DNA of 41,346 nucleotides from a virus. Its lineage: Duplodnaviria; Caudoviricetes. The notes beneath the pieces were generated by a model, which was not told where the DNA came from, did no database searches, and saw only the letters and a list, made by a program, of their open reading frames with translations. Positions 1-7,112 of this stretch are shown here, piece after piece. Every line of letters begins with the position of its first letter. Position 1 is the first letter of the stretch. The stretch lies in IMG/VR virus record IMGVR_UViG_3300036845_000436, positions 1 to 41,346 of that record, one strand, 5' to 3'. The translations under genes were made by a program, and so were the position numbers.

Positions 1-117
1 GGCTAGGTAGTGCACGATGCCTAACATTTCTGGTGGCCCATCCGCAAGGGGTATCCCCACCCCGGTCCATATTTATTTTATGGAGACCCTATCGGTTTTA
101 TTTTTGGTGGATTGGCT

Positions 118-275
118 GGGCTCCGACCCGCTTCCGGATGGGGCTCCGACCCGCTTCCGGATGGGGCTCCGACCCGCTTCCGGATGGGGCTCCGACCCGC
201 TTCCGGATGGGGCTCCGACCCGCTTCCGGATGGGCTCCGACCCGCTTCCGGATGGGCTCCGACCCGCTTCCGGAT
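118..275. repeat. Tandem array, 7 copies of CTCCGACCCGCTTCCGGAT separated by GGGG or GGG
   Basis: 19 bp cores start at 121, 144, 167, 190, 213, 235, 257 (period 23 four times, then 22 twice); no spacers. Confidence 0.97.
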
Positions 276-280
276 ACAGC

Positions 281-296
281 GTGGGAACCGTCCCCA
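281..296. promoter_or_regulatory. Dispersed 16 bp motif GTGGGAACCGTCCCCA (putative operator), copy 1
   Basis: Identical copies at 19166, 35168 and 40486 (reverse); variant at 4336. Confidence 0.6.
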
Positions 297-306
297 AATT
301 ATTTTC

Positions 307-336
307 TTGACGGCTGGGGTACTCACCCATTACATT
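307..336 (+). promoter_or_regulatory. Sigma70-like early promoter
   Basis: TTGACG (307-312), 18 nt, TACATT (331-336), directly upstream of the first leader repeat. Confidence 0.6.
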
Positions 337-346
337 GTGTAAATCG

Positions 347-376
347 AACCCGTGGCTGATGCCACAAACGAAAGGA
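347..376 (+). repeat. Early leader repeat A, copy 1 (hairpin + RBS)
   Basis: AACCC-GTGGC-tgat-GCCAC-AAACGAAAGGA, ATG at 388. Confidence 0.9.
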
Positions 377-387
377 AAACCCACCCA

Positions 388-1002
388 ATGCTATTCACTG
401 AAAAATACAAGCCTACAAAAATTGCTGATTTTGTCGGTATCGACAAAGCTAAACGCGCGTGTCGCAAAATCGCGGATAACCCATTCGAGTCTGCATGGCT
501 ATTTGTAGGTAAGTCGGGAACTGGTAAGACAACGTTGGCCTTTGCTCTAGCTTCCGAGATGAATGCGGAACTGCATCACATCCCATCCCAAGGTTGCACA
601 CTGGAGACAGTGAAGAATCTTAAAGACAGACTTTCCCATTTCCCCATGTTCGGGAACGGCTGGCACCTTGTTGTAGTAGATGAAGCGGATCAAATGACGT
701 TACAGGCTCAACATATGTTTTTATCCCTACTAGATTCCACTGCGCGTCCAAGGAACACGATTTTTATTTTCACCTGTAACAGTGTCGAAAGGTTCGAAGA
801 TAGGTTGCTATCTCGTTTTGTTGGCCAAGTTCTATTCTCAACGCAAGGCATGAATCCTAAAATCGCGGAACTACTTGCGCGCGTCTGGGAGAATGAAGCT
901 GATGGGGAAACGGCTCCAAACTTTGCCGGCATCGCGGAAGCTTCAAACAACAATGTTAGAGCGGCATTATCCGCGCTACAAAACAGACTTATCTGCGGAT
1001 AA
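388..1002 (+). CDS. Clamp-loader-clade AAA+ ATPase (RFC/DnaX/RarA-like), 204 aa
   Basis: EKYKP..ADFVG, Walker A GKSGTGKTT, Walker B VVVDEAD, sensor-1 FTCN, LLSRF, NNVRAAL; start moved to the ATG after the RBS. Confidence 0.85.
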   Translation: MLFTEKYKPTKIADFVGIDKAKRACRKIADNPFESAWLFVGKSGTGKTTLAFALASEMNAELHHIPSQGCTLETVKNLKDRLSHFPMFGNGWHLVVVDEADQMTLQAQHMFLSLLDSTARPRNTIFIFTCNSVERFEDRLLSRFVGQVLFSTQGMNPKIAELLARVWENEADGETAPNFAGIAEASNNNVRAALSALQNRLICG

Positions 1003-1006
1003 ATAA

Positions 1007-1038
1007 ATCATGCCTCCATCATGGAGGCATGATACAAT
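1007..1038 (+). promoter_or_regulatory. 27 bp palindromic operator overlapping an extended -10 promoter
   Basis: ATCATGCCTCCAT-C-ATGGAGGCATGAT (1007-1033); TG-A-TACAAT (1030-1038). Confidence 0.7.
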
Positions 1039-1050
1039 CATCAAATAAAT

Positions 1051-1080
1051 AACCCGTGGCAATTGCCACAAACGAAAGGA
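1051..1080 (+). repeat. Early leader repeat A, copy 2
   Basis: AACCCGTGGCAATTGCCACAAACGAAAGGA, TTG at 1088. Confidence 0.9.
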
Positions 1081-1087
1081 TCCAATC

Positions 1088-1966
1088 TTGAATACCTACG
1101 AAACAATTACTAATCGAATTATTGACGCGTTAGAAGCTGGGGTTATTCCGTGGCGGAAGGAATGGAGGACGTCTGGCAAGACTTCCGGATTGCCTTACAA
1201 CCTTATAAGCGGATTGCCTTATCGCGGTATCAACGTCTTTTCTCTTCTGTGTTCCCCTTATAGCTCTAACGGATGGGCGACGTACAAGCAAGCGCAATCC
1301 AAAGGCTATCAGGTCCGCAAAGGCGAAAAGGCGTCTCCCGTCGTGTTCTGGAAGTTCCCCAGTAAAGAAAAAATTGCGGAAGGAAAAGAGTTCCCGTTCG
1401 CGCGAATCTACAGCGTCTTTAACGTGGAACAAATGGACGGTGTACCTGTGGAGTTGCCTTTTGAGGGTGTGACGTTTGATCCGCTTGAATCCTGCGATAC
1501 CGTGGTTTCGGCTTTCATGGGGTCCGCGTCGCATCCAACGTTGGGTCACGGTGGGGACAAAGCTTACTTTCAGCCGTCGACGGATCATGTTCAAATGCCC
1601 ACGCGCGAATCCTTCAATTCCGCCGGTGGATACTATGCCACCTTGTTTCATGAGTTCGCCCATTCTACCGGCATCAAGACGCGTCTTAATCGCCCTGAGT
1701 TGCAATCTATGAAGGGGTTTGGGGATGAGGACTACAGCAAAGAAGAGTTAACGGCTGAGTTTGCGGCTGCGTTCCTTTGCGCTGAAACTGGCTGCTCGAA
1801 TGAGGAACGAGTTACTAACTCGGTCGCCTATATTCAGGGCTGGCTGCGGAAGCTTAAAAACGATACTGCAATGGCGGTGCAAGCTGCCCAGCGCGCGCAA
1901 AAGGCCGCAGAATTTATCCTGCTTCGCAAGTCAATAGCTGCCACCTCGGAAGAGGTGGCGGCATGA
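1088..1966 (+). CDS. ardC: ArdC-family ssDNA-binding antirestriction protein with zincin-like C-terminal domain
   Basis: IPWRKEW, PYN...YRGIN, WATYKQA...VRKGEK, YSVFNVEQ, AYFQPSTDHVQMP, YYATLFHEFAHSTG, YSKEELTAE, AYIQGWL. Confidence 0.92.
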   Translation: MNTYETITNRIIDALEAGVIPWRKEWRTSGKTSGLPYNLISGLPYRGINVFSLLCSPYSSNGWATYKQAQSKGYQVRKGEKASPVVFWKFPSKEKIAEGKEFPFARIYSVFNVEQMDGVPVELPFEGVTFDPLESCDTVVSAFMGSASHPTLGHGGDKAYFQPSTDHVQMPTRESFNSAGGYYATLFHEFAHSTGIKTRLNRPELQSMKGFGDEDYSKEELTAEFAAAFLCAETGCSNEERVTNSVAYIQGWLRKLKNDTAMAVQAAQRAQKAAEFILLRKSIAATSEEVAA

Positions 1967-2217
1967 TCCAACTATTTTGCATTTCAGATGAAGAGTTACG
2001 CGCGGATCGGGAGGCGTGCCGCGTCTCAGTTTCGCGCGTGTATTTGAATCGTGGCGGCTATGATCGGACGGGCGAATACTTCGGGGTCGGCGCGCCACTC
2101 TTTCACGCATTTAATGATTCCGATGACGTTAACATTCATCTCCGCGCGGCGGATCGCGCGGACGCGGTGGCTGAGGTTCGGCGGCGTTATCCTGGCTCAA
2201 TCTTCTTCCGCTCATAG
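1963..2217 (+). CDS. Hypothetical early protein (RVYLNRGGYD..G.YFG.GAPLF)
   Basis: ATGA overlap with the ardC stop; GAGG RBS. Confidence 0.75.
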   Translation: MIQLFCISDEELRADREACRVSVSRVYLNRGGYDRTGEYFGVGAPLFHAFNDSDDVNIHLRAADRADAVAEVRRRYPGSIFFRS

Positions 2218-2221
2218 TCAA

Positions 2222-2277
2222 CATGGCGGCATGATAGTATTCAATCTAACCCGTGGCGGTTGCCACAAACGAAAGGA
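2222..2277 (+). repeat. Operator half-site + extended -10 + leader A, copy 3
   Basis: CATGGCGGCATGA-TAGTAT-tcaatct-AACCCGTGGCGGTTGCCACAAACGAAAGGA; first 37 bp identical to 2538-2574. Confidence 0.9.
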
Positions 2278-2284
2278 TCACAAA

Positions 2285-2530
2285 ATGATCGTTGTCTGTA
2301 TTACCTCGGAAGATATTGCGGCGGGTCGCGCTAAGTCGATTAATGCATGTCCGCAGGCCTTAGCCTTACAGCGCGCCACTGGCTGTTCACGGGCATGGAT
2401 TGGGCCGTTCAAGCTGGCCGTAGATGGCGGCTCGAACGGGACGCACGATACTCCACGCGCGGCGGTGGAGTTTATTGATAGGTTTGATGCTGGTCTCCCC
2501 GTCGAACCTCACACCTTCATTCTCGACTAG
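2285..2530 (+). CDS. Hypothetical early protein, 81 aa (MIVVCITSEDIAAG...)
   Basis: ATG 7 nt after the leader RBS; in frame with track ORF 2051..2530. Confidence 0.8.
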   Translation: MIVVCITSEDIAAGRAKSINACPQALALQRATGCSRAWIGPFKLAVDGGSNGTHDTPRAAVEFIDRFDAGLPVEPHTFILD

Positions 2531-2594
2531 CCTCCATCATGGCGGCATGATAGTATTCAATCTAACCCGTGGCGATTTGCCACAAACGAAAGGA
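2530..2594 (+). repeat. Operator + extended -10 + leader A, copy 4
   Basis: GCCTCCATCATGGCGGCATGATAGTATTCAATCTAACCCGTGGCGATTTGCCACAAACGAAAGGA. Confidence 0.9.
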
Positions 2595-2599
2595 CCAAA

Positions 2600-2854
2600 A
2601 TGGTTTTAGACTCTGCTATAACCCCACGCATCAAAGCTCTCTCCACTCTTCTTAATGCGCGTCACTATGTCCGCGCGTCGGCTGATTTCTGGCAGTTCCA
2701 CCGTTCTTACTCCACACTTTCCTCGGCCATTTGGGAGGTGTTTGAGGAGGTGCAAACGGCTGGCGGGGATGATGAGCTAGACGCGGGGCTGGTGGTCCTG
2801 CGGCTGGATACCGAAAGGTCTCAACGCGTTACCTCGGCGGTTTTCGGTGATTAG
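2600..2854 (+). CDS. Hypothetical early protein, 84 aa
   Basis: ATG directly after the leader RBS. Confidence 0.8.
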   Translation: MVLDSAITPRIKALSTLLNARHYVRASADFWQFHRSYSTLSSAIWEVFEEVQTAGGDDELDAGLVVLRLDTERSQRVTSAVFGD

Positions 2855-2933
2855 TCCGCGTCTGGTCTGGTCGCTGGTGCTTCTGGCTTACGTCGTCGCC
2901 CTGCTGCTGACTGGCGGGGATCGCTTCTAACCT

Positions 2934-2974
2934 CTAATCGCGCGGCTGGCGCGTCAATCCAGCCGAAAGGATCC
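2934..2974 (+). repeat. Early leader repeat B, copy 1
   Basis: CTAAtCGCG-CGGCTGG-cgcgtcaat-CCAGCCG-AAAGGATCC; second copy at 3394-3434. Confidence 0.9.
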
Positions 2975-2980
2975 TCTTCG

Positions 2981-3373
2981 ATGTTGCACAGAGATACTTT
3001 GCAAAGGCTGACAATTGTACCGGCGGCTGATATGCCGGATTTTGACCGGGATCGCGCGGCGTCTCATAATCGGCTGGTTTTGCGCGCTAACGAAAATATT
3101 GGGCTCGATGTGTACGCGGCTGGGGTGGCTTTGATTGTCGCCCTTGATGGCTTTAACCGCATCGCTATAGCTCACAAAGGGCTGGCTTGGAATGAGGATA
3201 AGACTCCTATCGGTGCGGATCATTATGCGGGTCCGCTGTTCCTCGATATGGGTAAGTCTCTACAGGGAATGCTGGCTATGGATTCGAGGTCTGCGCTTCT
3301 GTCGTACAAAGCGGATCAATTCATTCTTGAAACTCTCCACACTAACGGCTTCTCTGAGGATGAGACTGCTTAA
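2981..3373 (+). CDS. Hypothetical early protein, 130 aa
   Basis: ATG after the leader B RBS. Confidence 0.8.
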   Translation: MLHRDTLQRLTIVPAADMPDFDRDRAASHNRLVLRANENIGLDVYAAGVALIVALDGFNRIAIAHKGLAWNEDKTPIGADHYAGPLFLDMGKSLQGMLAMDSRSALLSYKADQFILETLHTNGFSEDETA

Positions 3374-3434
3374 CCCGTGGCGGTTGCCACAAACTAACCG
3401 CGCGGCTGGCGCGTCAATCCAGCCGAAAGGATCC
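3372..3434 (+). repeat. Composite leader: repeat A hairpin fused to repeat B
   Basis: AACCCGTGGCGGTTGCCACAAAC followed by TAACCGCGCGGCTGGCGCGTCAATCCAGCCGAAAGGATCC. Confidence 0.9.
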
Positions 3435-3437
3435 GCT

Positions 3438-3611
3438 TTGATTCCTCTTAACAAGGGCGAAATTTTATTACTTATAGATGCCGTAGGCTCTCAACTATCG
3501 CGCTGGCGTACAAACGAGCAAAAGCCTGAATGGTGGGAAGCTCGGCGTGAAATGTTGGCCAAACTGCATGATTGGGCTGGGGCTTCGGAAGTGGTGGGCG
3601 ATGGACAATAA
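3438..3611 (+). CDS. Hypothetical early protein, 57 aa (MIPLNKGEILLL...)
   Basis: TTG after the leader B RBS; in frame with track ORF 3192..3611. Confidence 0.7.
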   Translation: MIPLNKGEILLLIDAVGSQLSRWRTNEQKPEWWEARREMLAKLHDWAGASEVVGDGQ

Positions 3612-3930
3612 ACGCGCGCTTCAAATCCTGACAGACGCGGGTGTCTACCTGCCGTCTGTCGTGCCTGGGCGGGGTGAAGGCGGCTTCTTCGTCTTCTCCT
3701 CGCTCAAGGAACTAGGGCGCGGTGATTCGGTAGACGCGGCGATAGAAGACGCTCGCCGGCGGGGGAATATTCCGCCGGACGCGGATCGCCCTGAATACGT
3801 CGCCAAAGCGAACGATATTTTTCGCGTCCGCCGGCCTTCCTCGCTGGTCGCCACTGCCACCTCTCGCACTATGGCGGATCGGATCGCTAACGCGCTCAAC
3901 CTCTATAACCCAAACGAAAGGGGCATCTAA
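3601..3930 (+). CDS. Hypothetical early protein, 109 aa (MDNKRALQ...)
   Basis: ATG at 3601 overlapping the previous gene end. Confidence 0.7.
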   Translation: MDNKRALQILTDAGVYLPSVVPGRGEGGFFVFSSLKELGRGDSVDAAIEDARRRGNIPPDADRPEYVAKANDIFRVRRPSSLVATATSRTMADRIANALNLYNPNERGI

Positions 3931-3931
3931 A

Positions 3932-4144
3932 TTGAATTGGGATAGTCCAGAATCCAGACTCGCATTACTCGAATCGGTTGGGAGTGCTGAATATAACCGG
4001 CTCATTCATGAGCACATCTCCGATAGAGGAGACATTTACCCAGTCGCTACGCGGTTCGGCACATTATTTGCTGTCAAGGGTACGAAGATGGCGTTTCAAA
4101 CTCGCCAACAAGCGGAAACATATCTCAAAGATGGGGGACTCTAA
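3932..4144 (+). CDS. Hypothetical early protein, 70 aa
   Basis: TTG start after GAAAGGGG in a leader A remnant. Confidence 0.7.
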   Translation: MNWDSPESRLALLESVGSAEYNRLIHEHISDRGDIYPVATRFGTLFAVKGTKMAFQTRQQAETYLKDGGL

Positions 4145-4332
4145 TCATGGTTCCTCGGACACAAAGGGGCGCGATAGAAAAGCTGTGGCGGGTTCGCCAT
4201 TATCTGACGGGGATTCGCTTCCTGACGTTGGAGGAGTATTTTGCAATTGACGCTGCTGTCGCCATTACTTATAAAGCACAAAGGGCGGTGGCTGACTACT
4301 GATTACCTTCTCTATAATCCACTTGAATAGAG

Positions 4333-4355
4333 GCCGTGGGAACACTCCCCACGGC
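4333..4355. promoter_or_regulatory. Inverted repeat containing a variant of the 16 bp motif, between convergent operons
   Basis: GCCGTGGG-aacactc-CCCACGGC. Confidence 0.45.
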
Positions 4356-4386
4356 TTCTCTGCGTCTTGGGTGGTGGGGTAGCCTC

Positions 4387-4533
4387 CTACGCCTCCGGAT
4401 CGCGTGTCCTGGCCGGTTCTAACCGCATCTGCTTCCGCCGTCCCTCGGCGGCGTCGTCTTCTTCTCTGCATGGGCATCTGTCGCCGTTCGGTAGGTAGCT
4501 GGTCCCGTGGCATTGCTCGCAATCAATTCTCAT
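4387..4533 (-). CDS. Small Cys-rich protein, 48 aa (MRIDCEQCHGTSYLPNGDRCPC...), absent from the ORF track
   Basis: Translated by hand; ATGA overlap with the stop of 4530..4727; CxxCxG...CxC. Confidence 0.6.
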   Translation of the reverse strand: MRIDCEQCHGTSYLPNGDRCPCREEDDAAEGRRKQMRLEPARTRDPEA

Positions 4534-4727
4534 CTGGCTATCCGCTTCCTTACATTCGCTTCGCGCTTTTCTCTTCTCAGTTTCTCATCCGCGCGAACCT
4601 CTTCAATTAGCTGGTGGTGGGGGCATAGCGTCTTGCCTGGGTTGCACAGTTTGTTGCATACGGCTTCGCTCTTGTGTTCGCGGTGCTTGCATCCTTCGCC
4701 GGGTTGAACAATATCGGGGTGGCTCAC
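4530..4727 (-). CDS. Small Cys/His zinc-finger-like protein
   Basis: C...C...C...CPHH; overlaps both neighbours. Confidence 0.7.
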   Translation of the reverse strand: MSHPDIVQPGEGCKHREHKSEAVCNKLCNPGKTLCPHHQLIEEVRADEKLRREKREANVRKRIAR

Positions 4728-5032
4728 TGTAGTTTCTCCGGATCGTCGGGGTTCTCGATTGTGCCATCCGTGGGCTTGTTCTCCTGCCTTAATCGGAAGT
4801 CGCGGAAGTCATGCAACAGGGCGGCTAGTGCTGTCTCGGGAAGTTCGTGATCCTTAAAATAATTGATTAGCATAGCGTCCGCCTCGGTGTTGGCGGCTAG
4901 TCGTTGTAAGTCGTGCGCCACTTTTAAGGCCTCTGCGATATTTAGCTGCGCTCTCACTCCGTCCATTGTCAGTATGACGAACGGCTCTCTATTGCTGGCG
5001 GCAACAATTCCCTCAACTCGAATATGCGGCAT
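4724..5032 (-). CDS. Hypothetical protein, 102 aa
   Basis: Translationally coupled; GAGGA RBS. Confidence 0.75.
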   Translation of the reverse strand: MPHIRVEGIVAASNREPFVILTMDGVRAQLNIAEALKVAHDLQRLAANTEADAMLINYFKDHELPETALAALLHDFRDFRLRQENKPTDGTIENPDDPEKLQ

Positions 5033-5178
5033 CAGTCCTCTTCCTCGTCGTCTTCAACTAGTTCCACGGTGGTCTGGTCGGCTGCAATGTCGCGCGCCTT
5101 GTCCTCGGCTTCGTCTTCATTGTCGGCTTCAATCTCTCCATCCCAGGAGTTGATCGTTACGTTATAGGTCGGGCTCAT
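5032..5178 (-). CDS. Very acidic 48 aa protein (MSPTYNVTINSWDGEIEADNEDEAE...)
   Basis: ATGA overlap with the 5175 stop; C-terminal part of track ORF 5032..5424. Confidence 0.7.
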   Translation of the reverse strand: MSPTYNVTINSWDGEIEADNEDEAEDKARDIAADQTTVELVEDDEEED

Positions 5179-5519
5179 TGGATGGTCTCGCTTCCCTGCT
5201 GCTTTGCCTCTTTCAAGATTCGCGCCAATAGCATCTTGGGGACTTCTAGCAAGTCGTCCGGATGGCCGGCTGCAAACCATTGCTGTATTCGGATCGGCGT
5301 CCGCTCCATATCCTTGAACATCTCTGGGCTGTTCCATTGCAGGATGTAAAGGGCCATCATGTAGAGCATGAATCCGCGCGCGGTGTCCCCGAACAATTCG
5401 CGGATCGACGTCGCATACTGCCATGCCTCGTCTGTGAACGCTTCCATCTCCGCAATTTCTTCCGGAGTGAGTTGGCCGTTAAACATTTCCTTCAAGCGTT
5501 TTTTATCATCCTCGCTCAC
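5175..5519 (-). CDS. Hypothetical protein, 114 aa
   Basis: AGGAG RBS, GTGA overlap. Confidence 0.75.
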   Translation of the reverse strand: MSEDDKKRLKEMFNGQLTPEEIAEMEAFTDEAWQYATSIRELFGDTARGFMLYMMALYILQWNSPEMFKDMERTPIRIQQWFAAGHPDDLLEVPKMLLARILKEAKQQGSETIQ

Positions 5520-5839
5520 TGGGTCTCCTCCTTCTCCGCTCGCAGTCTTTCTCCTACCTCAATTGACATTCGCAAGGCTTCCTCTGCGGTGGGGTGCTTC
5601 TTTCCGAATATAGGGTGCTCACATTCGTAAAACTCCATTACCTTATCCGCTAGTTTGTTGTCGCCGTATCCGGTGTTGTAGCCAATATTTTCCCTGAGAA
5701 TATCGCGTGTGGATGTTTCTTTGGTCCCCAGTAGCTTGACGCGGCTCTGTACCTCTTCCTCGATGACGGCTCTCCCCTGCTCGATGCTGTTAACCTTGCC
5801 GTCTTGAACTAGCTGGATAAGCTGATAGACGCTTCTCAT
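5516..5839 (-). CDS. Hypothetical protein, 107 aa
   Basis: GGGAG RBS; part of the operon. Confidence 0.75.
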   Translation of the reverse strand: MRSVYQLIQLVQDGKVNSIEQGRAVIEEEVQSRVKLLGTKETSTRDILRENIGYNTGYGDNKLADKVMEFYECEHPIFGKKHPTAEEALRMSIEVGERLRAEKEETQ

Positions 5840-5849
5840 TTAGTCTCCC

Positions 5850-6089
5850 CTAAAAAAGCTCGAGGTTTTGTTTCTTCGGCCTGGGCGCGCGGCGAAATTG
5901 AACGGCTTTCGGGCATGTAGAAAAGTGGCTCTCGGCCTTGCTGTCGTTTGCCGGCATGGGATTCATGGGTAGGGTCTTCTCGTCTGGGGTCCGCCATAGT
6001 TCCATCGGAGCTCCACAGGGACAATTGCGGGTCGTTAGGTGGGTATAGCCGGCTTCGATCATTGCGGCCTTGCTGGTTGGAAAGGGCAT
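5850..6089 (-). CDS. Zinc-binding phage protein, 79 aa (CPCGA...SHFSTCP)
   Basis: Cys/His pattern; start moved to MPFPTS. Confidence 0.7.
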   Translation of the reverse strand: MPFPTSKAAMIEAGYTHLTTRNCPCGAPMELWRTPDEKTLPMNPMPANDSKAESHFSTCPKAVQFRRAPRPKKQNLELF

Positions 6090-6090
6090 C

Positions 6091-6657
6091 TCAACACCAC
6101 CAATCGGGTAGCAGGTTGAAGTGAAGGGTATTATCTTTTTGGGTGCTCTGCTCTCCCCATGCAATCGAGTCGTTCGGGCCGGGGCCGTAGTTCTGTAGCC
6201 TCGCCACGGGCTTTATGCCTGGGCCTTTCATTACGACGCAAATTGAATCGGTCCAAAACTCGCGGGGTAGGTTCTTCACCTCGCCGGCGTATCGCGCGTT
6301 AAGGATGCGGTTATACGCCTCTCTCCATGCTTCAAGTCCGATTTTTTCGATGGGCTCGATTCCGATAAATGCGCTGAACTTGTCGTCTCCCTTGACGGAT
6401 CTGGAATCGGAGATGAGGGCGACGGCGGTTGTTAGGGTCTTCTGGGCGGTGTAGCTGACAGCCTTAAAAAATCTGTACTTCTCGCCGTTGGTGCTCCACT
6501 GGGCGGGGATGGTCGTCATCTCTCCGAATGGGCCTAGCAGGATAACTAGGCTGGGAAAGTGTTCGTCTTTGCTGTAAGGGATGCGGTTGCGCTGGTCCTT
6601 AGCGATAGCGATGAACCGGTCCAGCATCAGGCCTATCTTTTCTTCTGTCAGTTGCAT
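6091..6657 (-). CDS. Hypothetical protein, 188 aa
   Basis: Long ORF in operon orientation. Confidence 0.75.
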   Translation of the reverse strand: MQLTEEKIGLMLDRFIAIAKDQRNRIPYSKDEHFPSLVILLGPFGEMTTIPAQWSTNGEKYRFFKAVSYTAQKTLTTAVALISDSRSVKGDDKFSAFIGIEPIEKIGLEAWREAYNRILNARYAGEVKNLPREFWTDSICVVMKGPGIKPVARLQNYGPGPNDSIAWGEQSTQKDNTLHFNLLPDWWC

Positions 6658-6817
6658 TCGTCTTCGTCCCTGTCTTCCATGAAGGGTTGTTAGTCATTGT
6701 GTGGCCGTTCCTCATTTAGTAGGGGAAGGGGCAACGTCGCGCGTCCGTTGCCCCTTGCTCTGTCCGGCGGTGGGATGGTTCCTTGCGTCATCCCGCGCCT
6801 CGCTCCCAGTGTCGGGT

Positions 6818-6994
6818 TTATTCCGACGCTGGAATCTTTTGTATTTCTTTGTGAACCTGTCTATGACAGGGATTGCAAAGCCAACGCACGTTAAGCGGTT
6901 GAGAATAATCCTCGTGGTGTGCTTCAGTCTTAGGCTCTTTGCACAATTCGCATGGTTGTTTTTTTAAAGTTGGCTCTCGGTCTACAACGGTCAC
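6818..6994 (-). CDS. HNH-like zinc-finger domain, 58 aa, absent from the ORF track; possibly the frameshifted C-terminus of 6930..7112
   Basis: Hand translation KQPCELCKEPKTEAHHEDYSQPLNVRWLCNPCH. Confidence 0.65.
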   Translation of the reverse strand: MTVVDREPTLKKQPCELCKEPKTEAHHEDYSQPLNVRWLCNPCHRQVHKEIQKIPASE

Positions 6995-7112
6995 AATATT
7001 TCATCCGGCTAGTTCGACGTTCAAACTTAGCCGGACATAGGGCGCAGGCTACGATGGTGGGTGTTTTAGCGAATAGGTTTCGCTTCCACTTTTGTCCTTT
7101 TCTTGGCGGCAT
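6930..7112 (-). CDS. Basic zinc-finger protein (CALC...YCDRC)
   Basis: Two CxxC motifs; overlaps the HNH-like frame. Confidence 0.55.
   Translation of the reverse strand: MPPRKGQKWKRNLFAKTPTIVACALCPAKFERRTSRMKYCDRCRPRANFKKTTMRIVQRA

Noticed and set aside
118-275. Tandem array as a CRISPR array
   Set aside because: No unique spacers (only 3-4 G) and no cas genes
17-384. Five overlapping ORFs at the left end
   Set aside because: They are translations of the stop-free tandem repeat, with repetitive peptides and no RBS
347-3434. Leader repeats as CRISPR repeats or integron attC sites
   Set aside because: Intervals are gene-sized and irregular, repeats sit 5' of genes and contain an RBS, there are no attC R-box ends, and no integrase is present
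4265-4522. Arg-rich track ORF on the - strand
   Set aside because: The alternative frame 4387..4533 has an ATGA overlap and a coherent Cys motif; the poly-Arg looks like an off-frame product
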